A stretch of 32,000 bases of DNA, from NCBI GenBank assembly GCA_048886185.1, contig JBHLKY010000013.1:60001-92000 (forward strand). The letters are read 5' to 3'. This stretch comes from Candidatus Hermodarchaeota archaeon (GTDB lineage: Archaea; Asgardarchaeota; Heimdallarchaeia; Hodarchaeales; Hodarchaeaceae). The position numbers and the translations under genes are program-made. The notes beneath the pieces were generated by a model that saw only the letters and a program-made list of their open reading frames with translations, was not told where the DNA came from and did no database searches. Below, one piece after another: positions 18,458 to 26,329 of the stretch; position 1 is the first letter of the stretch, and the number at the start of each line of letters is the position of its first letter.

Positions 18458-19171
18458 ATCTTTATACGACTCTAGGTATTCAGGTCGAAGAACCATCCGA
18501 GGAATAACTTGACCATTCTCTTGAGGAGTATAAGCATAGCTAAAATTTGGCGATTCCATCAATTTTTCAAATAATCGTCTTAAGTTTTCATCTAATGCGA
18601 AATGTTGGCCGAATTCAAAAAAATTTAGTTGTAAGGCTCCAGCCGAGTTCACAAATTCACCATAAATCCATTGCTGAAGATAATGTTCTAAGTCTCGTTT
18701 TCGACTCAACTGTGCCTTGATTATCTCTACCTGACGATCTGAGATATCAGGAAATTTGGCGTGAAGCCTGTCTTTGATCTCTTCTGGTTCTAGAGTTTTT
18801 CCAAAATCTTCTGTTATTAGTCCTCCCCTTTTTTTCTCATCTTCAAATAGAGCAATTATGTAATCTTCCGGTAAAGCGATACTATCCATGTCTATGTTTA
18901 TGACAAACGATTTATGTTTTACTTTCCAATGTTTTACTTCTCGTTGTCCCCCAATTTTTTGCATGTCAAAGTACGCTAGATCTAGCTCTTCGAGGCTTTT
19001 AAGATGATGAAGAATCGTTGGTATTTTTTTTCGCAGCATATCTGCTAAATTCGATGCTGTAAGACCTGTAGGATTTCTGTACATAAGGAGCAACATCCTC
19101 CGCCGTGTAGGGTCTGCCAATGCTTCAATAACCTGAATAACTTGTCCAGGTTTGTCATAGTAAGCTTCCAC
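18446..19171 (-). CDS. ArsR-like winged-helix transcription regulator with ~140-aa C-terminal extension
   Basis: EALADPTRRRMLLLM...LTASNLADML...PTILHHLKSLEELDL; GTG start after AGGAG; 12-nt tail-to-tail overlap with the IMPase gene. Confidence 0.8.
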   Translation of the reverse strand: MEAYYDKPGQVIQVIEALADPTRRRMLLLMYRNPTGLTASNLADMLRKKIPTILHHLKSLEELDLAYFDMQKIGGQREVKHWKVKHKSFVINIDMDSIALPEDYIIALFEDEKKRGGLITEDFGKTLEPEEIKDRLHAKFPDISDRQVEIIKAQLSRKRDLEHYLQQWIYGEFVNSAGALQLNFFEFGQHFALDENLRRLFEKLMESPNFSYAYTPQENGQVIPRMVLRPEYLESYKDSRI

Positions 19172-19367
19172 TGAATTCGGCTCCTAAATAATCATTCTCG
19201 CATTCCTTTAAAAATGCCGACCTAATGGCATCTAATGCTTACATTGGTTAATGGAAATCTCCCATAATAAGATCATTCAGCGATATTTTCTGAAATAATA
19301 CCAAAATAATCATGGTTCAGGTTTTTGAGTTTTTTAATGTTCTATATTAGGAGACAAATGGAGGATA

Positions 19368-19694
19368 TCAAAGTTGATGATTTTGTTCTGATTGAGTTGT
19401 ATTAGAGGATACAATCCTTTTTGTTTTTTTTGATTCTTGGTCCAGAATAAGTAATCCTATTAATAAGGTTATTCCTCCAAATAGGAGTAATATTCCTAAA
19501 ATAAAACCATGAGGGAATGTAATAATTGTGTTAACATCTGAGACTACAATAATACTAAAAGAAATAAAAAAACCGCAAACAGAAGCAAGAACCGCAAGAA
19601 AGCTAAGAATTGTGAAGATTCCTTTAGAAATATTTATTTCAGAGGGTAAATTTCCTTCTGTTTTACTAAATCTTCTTTTTGCATTGTCTACCAT
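19368..19694 (-). CDS. Small membrane protein, two predicted TM helices
   Basis: Two long hydrophobic stretches flanked by basic/polar ends; ATG start. Confidence 0.6.
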   Translation of the reverse strand: MVDNAKRRFSKTEGNLPSEINISKGIFTILSFLAVLASVCGFFISFSIIVVSDVNTIITFPHGFILGILLLFGGITLLIGLLILDQESKKTKRIVSSNTTQSEQNHQL

Positions 19695-19839
19695 AAAAAA
19701 TATACCTAAACCTGTTTTTTTATTTTTCCTTCAAAATCCTTTAGGACTCTTATGTTCAAAGAATAATTTTCCTTTTAAACTTAATGAAAATTTAGGTGCT
19801 TATCAAGTTTCCCTACTTATTCATTCTTGAAGTTAATAG

Positions 19840-20558
19840 AAGTGTGGGATTACATTCCTAACTGATTCTAAGGTATGTTTTACTGGTATTGCCCTTAAGC
19901 GTACTAATTTCAATACAACACAAGATTTTTTAGAAGCTTTGATCTATGCTGATCAATATCATAATTTTGTATTCCTTGAGTATGAAGGAGTAAAACAACT
20001 TCTTCATCCAAAACAATTGGGGGCAATCTTAGAGCAAATACGTCATTATTTAGTTTTCATGGTTGCAGTTCGTGGGTGTGAGTTTCATTTCCAGCGAAAA
20101 TTTCTCCTTGAAAATTATATCTACTCGTCAAGACAATATCCAAGTTTACTCTTTTGTATTGTTGCGGGTCATTCGAGTAATCACTTTTAGGATATTTAAT
20201 TCAACAGAACGAAACTCAGCAAGCATTAAAGGAAAATGTTTACGCTTTTTTTACTCCTCCTATGAATAAAGAGCTTTGGAATGAATCAATTCCTGAAATT
20301 CGGGCTATATTTCAATTTAGTTTTCATAAGTTTGTCCTTACTTCTCAAAATATCCAAGACAGGGCAGAAGCATTCATACAAAATGGCGTTCAGCTGATAG
20401 TTGGTAATCCTAAGATTAACGAGCATGTATTTAAATTGATTAGGAGTTTTCAATCCATCTTTGCGCAACACATACCTTTCTGGGGCCAAAATTCAAATAT
20501 GCCACAGATGTCTACTTTTGAATCCTCCCTTTTCAACACAAAACCAATAAATTTTTGA
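19840..20558 (+). pseudogene. Possible disrupted gene: two stop-free frames (19840-20190 and 20181-20558) overlapping by 10 nt
   Basis: Adjacent long open frames in otherwise unassigned DNA. No family recognised, and they could be chance ORFs. Confidence 0.25.
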
Positions 20559-20643
20559 TTGCGTTCCAAACTCACGTATTTCGATATCACTATTACTCTC
20601 GTTTAAACTTTTATTTTTTATATATTTGGAGATGTAGGACAAA

Positions 20644-21483
20644 TTGGATAAAAGAATAATAAATCTCGTTGCTTATGCCCATCCTGATGATGGAGAATTT
20701 TTAGCAGGAGGTACACTGGCTAAATGGGTTGCAGAAGGTCATCAGATCTTCGCTATTTGCGCCACTAACGGTAATTTAGGTGCAAAAGTAACAAATATCA
20801 CTCCTGAAGAATTAGCAAAAATTCGAAAGACCGAATTAACGAATGCCATGAAAACTATAGGTGGAGAAAAGCCAATTTTCTTAGATTTTCCTGATGGTTT
20901 CCTTCGTGATCATGTAAATGAGTTAAAAGAGCGAATGATATATTGGATTCGAAAGCTTAAACCTGATAGAGTTATAACCTTTGATCCTTGGAAGAAGTAC
21001 CAGATACATCCAGACCACATCGAAATGGGACGGATCACCTCTGAAGCAGCCGCATTCTCTTGTTTTCCAATGATGTATCCTGAACACATTAAAATGGGAG
21101 TAACTCCCTATCAACCGAAAGAATTATGGTACATGGCTCCAATTGAGCATAGACCTAATCGGCTAGTAGACATTACTACTACTATAGATACAAAAATTAA
21201 TGCCATATTTTGTCATCAATCGCAGGTAGAAATGATGGCAGATTTATTTGTACAAGGAGCAGATCCTGCAAACTTAACGAATGAAGAGAAGGCCCAACTT
21301 CGTGATGGTGCTGATACAATGTTGAGGATGGCATCACAGGCGCTTGCCAATCTATCTGAGGGTGATGTAGAATTAGCTGAAGTATTTTATGCAATTAAGC
21401 TTGGCCCTGGTATGTTTGATAACTATCAAGAGATGATTCAAGAAATGATTGGTATTGAATCCGATTCTCTCGAAATTATATAA
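20644..21483 (+). CDS. PIG-L/LmbE-family deacetylase
   Basis: AHPDDGEF, CATNGNLG, FLDFPDG, IHPDH, KINAIFCHQSQ. Confidence 0.92.
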   Translation: MDKRIINLVAYAHPDDGEFLAGGTLAKWVAEGHQIFAICATNGNLGAKVTNITPEELAKIRKTELTNAMKTIGGEKPIFLDFPDGFLRDHVNELKERMIYWIRKLKPDRVITFDPWKKYQIHPDHIEMGRITSEAAAFSCFPMMYPEHIKMGVTPYQPKELWYMAPIEHRPNRLVDITTTIDTKINAIFCHQSQVEMMADLFVQGADPANLTNEEKAQLRDGADTMLRMASQALANLSEGDVELAEVFYAIKLGPGMFDNYQEMIQEMIGIESDSLEII

Positions 21484-21595
21484 CTTCTTTTGAAATATTG
21501 TCTATCCATATTTGAATCTAAAATAATAATATCTTGATAATATCCCTATTTTAGAACTTAACTGATCTAGCAATAAGAAAAGCTAGGGATTTAAG

Positions 21596-21844
21596 TTGTC
21601 ACACCCAAATCAAACAATGATAATTCAGAATTATCGCGTTAGAAATTTTACTTCTGAAAATGTCGAGCAAGAAGAGTTATCCTGCCTGATCCAATTTCTT
21701 TCTTCTCTAGATATTTGTAAAGCATGCATTGCCGAGATTCCAAAACTTCAATCATCTTTTGGATCTGAACTCGACTATCAAATAGATTTTGATACTCGTA
21801 CTTTAGATATTCATTATAACAAGAAGATTGTGTCAGGTTGGTAA
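21596..21844 (+). CDS. Small hypothetical protein with CxxC, possibly heavy-metal-associated (HMA)-like
   Basis: ICKACIAEIPKL...YQIDFDTRTLDIHYN resembles the HMA pattern C..C...I.k.L...vdl.t.tv.v.y. Occupies otherwise empty DNA. Confidence 0.4.
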   Translation: MSHPNQTMIIQNYRVRNFTSENVEQEELSCLIQFLSSLDICKACIAEIPKLQSSFGSELDYQIDFDTRTLDIHYNKKIVSGW

Positions 21845-21943
21845 CAGAACAAATTCATTCCTAAGTATTAAGACACTATTCTTTCTTTATTGCTCCTCAT
21901 TTCTCTAACATTGAATCAATTTAATCCAACTAATATCTACAAG

Positions 21944-22753
21944 TTATCCTCCAGCTGATTCAAATTTAATAATTGAACGGTTCCATAACACCCTTGTTAA
22001 TAAACCTAGGATTCCTATCCACAAAATACCATAAATAATGGACACCAAAAGTTCCAAGAGAGTTAATCGTCCTAATAACAATTGAGATGGGGTGAAATTC
22101 ATAAGGTGAAAAGGGAGAATAAAGGCTATATCGCGTACAACAGGTGGAAGAATATCAATAGGGAGTAATTCTCCTCCAAATACTTGCATTACTGCTAAAA
22201 AGAGGGCACGAATTGGCCAAATGTATCTTATATAGAAAGTGGACATGCCAACGAGAATAAAACAGAAAAAGCTCAATATGTAGCTCACAATTAGGCTAAA
22301 TATGAAACCAATGAGAATAATCCAATTTAACTCAATTGGAACCTTCATAACCTCAATCAACAGAATAACAGCAGGTAAGGAAAGGCCAAAACTGATTAAT
22401 GAAAATGGAATTGTCTCTGCTAGAGTAAATGCTAAATAATCAATTGGACGGCAAAGATATATGGTCAAAGTCCCATTTAGATTATCGTTTTGCAAACGCC
22501 ATGCAACTCTATATAGAAACAAGGCTTCTGAGATTAATGTGGAAATTAAAGAGTATCCTAAGATTGCAGATAGAGAATAACCAAAATTAGATTCTGCTTG
22601 AGGATTTTGATAAAGAATTGTCCATATGAAGAATAATAAAAGAAAATGAACTGGAGTCCAGATCAAAACTCCTATAAATTCACCCATATAAGCTTTTATG
22701 TCAACAAAGGTAGTTCTCATTATGCCTCTGTATTTTCTAAAATGAAACATCAT
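21944..22753 (-). CDS. ABC-2 type exporter permease (DUF990-like)
   Basis: Multiple TM segments, GTLTIYLCRPIDY, GELLPIDILP, LPFHLMNFTP, KFESAGG ending. Confidence 0.85.
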   Translation of the reverse strand: MMFHFRKYRGIMRTTFVDIKAYMGEFIGVLIWTPVHFLLLFFIWTILYQNPQAESNFGYSLSAILGYSLISTLISEALFLYRVAWRLQNDNLNGTLTIYLCRPIDYLAFTLAETIPFSLISFGLSLPAVILLIEVMKVPIELNWIILIGFIFSLIVSYILSFFCFILVGMSTFYIRYIWPIRALFLAVMQVFGGELLPIDILPPVVRDIAFILPFHLMNFTPSQLLLGRLTLLELLVSIIYGILWIGILGLLTRVLWNRSIIKFESAGG

Positions 22754-22765
22754 ATATTAACTCCA

Positions 22766-23566
22766 TTAATTTGATGCACTCTCGTAACGGTGTCTTCCAA
22801 ATCTCCAAACCATTAAAAAAGCAATTAACCAAAAAATGGTAAGTGGAATCTGGAATATCAATATACCAAGCGCTGATATGATATCTATGTGTTCTAATAA
22901 TACCACTGCGGGGAAAGCACTGATGAAAGCTACAGGGTATCCAAAAATCAAGATATTTCTAATCCCCCCTGGAAGTGTTGTCGCAGGGATTCGTGAAAAA
23001 TTATCCTCCAATGAGTCAAAAGCTTGTTGGATAAACTCTGCACGTCCAATGAGGAACCCTGCGAGAGAAGAAATTGTACCATATAATAAGTAAAGGCATG
23101 TCATTCCAAAAAGTAGAATTGTGAAAGCAATCAGAATGTTAAATAACGAATATTGAATTCTATATAGAAGACTAACAACAATTAATAAAATTGTAGATGT
23201 ACCAAGAAACGCCCCTCCACCAACCCAAACTTCCTCAAATAAAATTCCTAAGAGAGGATGGCGTAAGGGTCGACAAAGCCAGCGTTCAATTTCTCCCTCA
23301 ATTATCTTCTGTGGCATAGCCCAGACTCCCGTAAAGAAAAATGAAGCAATCCCCCAGCAGAAGTATCCTATGGCAGAAAATATGAGAATATCTGGGAGTA
23401 ACCAACCTTCAAAAGACTGGTCAACAAGTACAACTTGCCAAAAAATGAAAAATGACAGAATTGTCACCGTCGCCTCAAGGAATCCTCCAACAAGAATTGA
23501 AGGGAATTGGTAAATTAGTTTATAAGACATGATTATGAACCGAGTCTGAATTCGGAAGATTTTCAG
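22766..23566 (-). CDS. ABC-2 type exporter permease (DUF990-like); proposed CTG start at 23566 (ORF-track ATG at 23530)
   Basis: GEIERWLCRPL, PVAFISAFP, RHRYESASN. The frame stays open 15 codons upstream of the ATG, and the CTG overlaps the ATPase stop as CTGA behind a perfect RBS. Confidence 0.82.
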   Translation of the reverse strand: MKIFRIQTRFIIMSYKLIYQFPSILVGGFLEATVTILSFFIFWQVVLVDQSFEGWLLPDILIFSAIGYFCWGIASFFFTGVWAMPQKIIEGEIERWLCRPLRHPLLGILFEEVWVGGGAFLGTSTILLIVVSLLYRIQYSLFNILIAFTILLFGMTCLYLLYGTISSLAGFLIGRAEFIQQAFDSLEDNFSRIPATTLPGGIRNILIFGYPVAFISAFPAVVLLEHIDIISALGILIFQIPLTIFWLIAFLMVWRFGRHRYESASN

Positions 23567-24645
23567 GATGGTAGCTCACCTCCTTTTGCTCCATTTGTAT
23601 AGAGCTCTTCAATAACATCCTCAAGATCAGCATCAGAGATCTGAATGTCAAGAACTCGATCCACAAGCTGCAATAGATTCTGAATGAGGAAATCAAGATC
23701 AATTGCGTCAGTGTTGTATTCAATTCTTATCGAATTATCATCACCATTGAGAATATCGATTGATCCTCCATCTTGGTTAGTAATTTTGATATTATCTTTG
23801 GTTGATAATTTCTGAAGAAAATGGACTAAGGTCGAAACTGGCTTTTCATGAGTTCGGAATGTGAATACTAACTGTTTTTCTTTTCTTAATACAGTTGCCA
23901 ATTCTTTTGTTGGTCCGTCAAAGTAGATTTTGCCTTTTAATAGAAGAATAGCTCGAGTACATATTTGTTCGATATCTTTTACATTATGGGAACATAAAAT
24001 GACTGTTGTGCCATCAAGTTCATTACGTTCGTTTATGAATTCCCGAATGCGTCGTGCAGCAACAATATCCAACCCAATAGTTGGTTCATCAAGAAAAACA
24101 ATTGAAGGATTATGGATTAATGAAGCAGCTAGCTCACATCGCATACGTTCCCCTAATGATAATCGCCTGGGTTGACGATGAAGGAAAGGCTTAATTTCTA
24201 AGACACTTATGAATTCCGTTAATCGTTTTTCAAAGATTTCCTTATTCAAATCATAAACGTCGCGATATAACCGCAATGATTCCAAGACAGGGATATGTCG
24301 CCATAACAGAGATCTATGTCCAAAAACAACTCCAAACTGATAAGCAGCGTCATAACGTTCCTTTTGAGGATTAAAGCCATTAATAGTTGCTTTTCCTTTA
24401 TCTGATTGTATGATTCCTGTTAAAATCTTAATAATGGTACTTTTTCCAGCCCCATTAGGCCCGAGAATTGTTACTTTCTCGCCTGGTTCAACCCTGAATG
24501 ACACGTCATCGAGAGCCTTAACTTTTTGATAGTCACGTTTGATGAATGCCCGTAATCGCGAAGTAAATGATGTTTGCTCCGCTGATAATCGTTTGTAGAC
24601 CTTTTCTAGTTGAATAGCCTCGACTGACAATAAAATCCCCAACAA
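23563..24645 (-). CDS. ABC exporter ATP-binding protein
   Basis: GPNGAGKST Walker A, LSLGERMR signature, VFLDEPTIGLD Walker B, CSH switch; TTG start after GAGGT. Confidence 0.95.
   Translation of the reverse strand: MLGILLSVEAIQLEKVYKRLSAEQTSFTSRLRAFIKRDYQKVKALDDVSFRVEPGEKVTILGPNGAGKSTIIKILTGIIQSDKGKATINGFNPQKERYDAAYQFGVVFGHRSLLWRHIPVLESLRLYRDVYDLNKEIFEKRLTEFISVLEIKPFLHRQPRRLSLGERMRCELAASLIHNPSIVFLDEPTIGLDIVAARRIREFINERNELDGTTVILCSHNVKDIEQICTRAILLLKGKIYFDGPTKELATVLRKEKQLVFTFRTHEKPVSTLVHFLQKLSTKDNIKITNQDGGSIDILNGDDNSIRIEYNTDAIDLDFLIQNLLQLVDRVLDIQISDADLEDVIEELYTNGAKGGELPS
23576..23583 (-). promoter_or_regulatory. Shine-Dalgarno GGAGGTGA
   Basis: Exact complement of the canonical 16S 3' UCACCUCC; ends 9 nt before the in-frame CTG at 23566. 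Confidence 0.7.
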
Positions 24646-24750
24646 TATACCTCAAGGTTGATCAATTTCGAATAGAAATCATTTGTTTATTAATACTCAT
24701 TGAATTTGGCAATGGATTTAAAATAGGCTTGAAAGAGAAAACAAGGATCG

Positions 24751-25452
24751 ATGCCTCGAGAAAAAATTGTAAGACATACTGGTCGTGAGTTTCATCGTTA
24801 TACTGAAGATGAATGGAGTCTTCTTAAAAAATTTCGGAAACATGCGATTCATATTTTGGATATTTTGGAACAAACCAAGATCAAAGGGTTTGTACACGGA
24901 TCTGTAGCGAGAGGTGATATTAATGATACATCAGATATTGATATTCATATTCCTATTCAAATCCCATCCTTTAAATTAGATCTCATCGATGACCTTCAAT
25001 TCATTGATCGCCGGATTATAATGGGTACACCGAACTCTACTATTCGAGGAATATTATCAACACATGATGAAATCACTATTAGTTTCCCTCTAACCATTCC
25101 TAATGAGAGAGAAGATGAATTTTTCCGTTTCTCTGGTTTACTCTATTCTGATGATCTTAAAATGGATCGAAGAGTAGCTGGTGTTACGAAACAATTGTTA
25201 CTCATTGAGCCAGAGGAAGAAGGTTATTGGCTTTCTTCGATTATTAAGTATAAAAGTAAAGCAATCCGAATATTATCTATCTCTCAAAGAATAATCGAAG
25301 AAAGAATTCGTGTACTTGACAGAAGAGACCAAATTGGACGAACAGGTATGTTTTTGGATCACACTTTAGCCCCAAATGAGAATTTTGAGCATGTATTGAA
25401 ATCATTAGCCGATAAAAACGTAATAGTAAGAAGAATGGTAAAAAGAAAATAA
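24751..25452 (+). CDS. Pol-beta superfamily nucleotidyltransferase (archaeal COG2413-like)
   Basis: VHGSVARGDINDTSDIDI motif, plus RVAGVTKQL and RIRVLDRRDQIGRTG segments recalled from this archaeal family. Confidence 0.82.
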   Translation: MPREKIVRHTGREFHRYTEDEWSLLKKFRKHAIHILDILEQTKIKGFVHGSVARGDINDTSDIDIHIPIQIPSFKLDLIDDLQFIDRRIIMGTPNSTIRGILSTHDEITISFPLTIPNEREDEFFRFSGLLYSDDLKMDRRVAGVTKQLLLIEPEEEGYWLSSIIKYKSKAIRILSISQRIIEERIRVLDRRDQIGRTGMFLDHTLAPNENFEHVLKSLADKNVIVRRMVKRK

Positions 25453-25472
25453 GATTTTACACCTGATGTACC

Positions 25473-26306
25473 ATGGAAGACTTAAAATCAATTGATAGAC
25501 GCTATCTATTGCGAAAGTACAATAATTCAAGAATACTGCTGATTTCTGATCTCCACTTAGGTTTTGAAGCAGAATGGTTTAGTAAAGGGTTGAATGTAAG
25601 GGAACCTGGTTGGTCGTTTAAGATCATCAATCAATTAAGAGAAGATCTTGAAGTAACTCTTCCCAATCATTTAATAATATTGGGGGATCTAGAACACAGC
25701 TTCGTTCATTTTAGGAGTATGAGGAAAAAAGATGAACCTTGGGTCTCCAATAAATGGTTGAGAGAAAAAGCACTACATTATTTTATGGAGCAGATTGTTG
25801 GGATTGACGGGTTGAAAATTACACTTATACGAGGGAATCAAGATACCTCCTTTGTACAACCTTTAATGGAAAAAGTTGAGATATTTCCACAAAAAGAAGC
25901 ATTAATACATGGCCAACTAGGGGTCTTTCACGGACATATGAAACCTAATGAAAGTGTTTTATTGTCTTCCGAAATAATGTTGGGACATGTTCACCCTGCA
26001 ATTGAACTCATTGATGAGCTAAAGATTGGTCATAAGTTTCCTGTTTTTGCTAAATTAACAATTTCGAGGGAGGAAGTGTTTAAGCTTTTTAATTTAGAAT
26101 TAGAGAGAATTGGATTAATGGAACAAATTCCAATCACTATCCTCCCAGCCTATAATAAATTTCTAAGTGGTTTCATTCTTAATGAATCCAGAAAGAAAAC
26201 AGCAAGATATAAGTCCTTTTCTGTATTATGGAATTTAATCCACCATCCGAAACTTAGGATTTTCTTAACAAATGGTGTTGATTTAGGTTATTTAGAAGAT
26301 CTCTAA
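25473..26306 (+). CDS. Calcineurin-like metallophosphoesterase (COG1407-like, Lhr-associated type)
   Basis: ISDLHLG, LGDLEH, RGNQD (canonical GNHD), FHGH, GHVHP, LPAYN. Confidence 0.82.
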   Translation: MEDLKSIDRRYLLRKYNNSRILLISDLHLGFEAEWFSKGLNVREPGWSFKIINQLREDLEVTLPNHLIILGDLEHSFVHFRSMRKKDEPWVSNKWLREKALHYFMEQIVGIDGLKITLIRGNQDTSFVQPLMEKVEIFPQKEALIHGQLGVFHGHMKPNESVLLSSEIMLGHVHPAIELIDELKIGHKFPVFAKLTISREEVFKLFNLELERIGLMEQIPITILPAYNKFLSGFILNESRKKTARYKSFSVLWNLIHHPKLRIFLTNGVDLGYLEDL

Positions 26307-26329
26307 TTGAACTGTAATCAGTATCCTTC

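Noticed and set aside
17190-19830. ORFs 17190-17456, 18078-18302, 19528-19830
   Set aside because: Overlap better-supported genes on the opposite strand, lack motifs, and have no convincing RBS.
20181-20190. Programmed frameshift or stop recoding joining the two ORF fragments
   Set aside because: TTT-TAG would favour a +1 shift, but the long downstream frame needs -1; no slippery heptamer is present, and the stops are mixed TAG/TAA/TGA, arguing against Sec or Pyl recoding.
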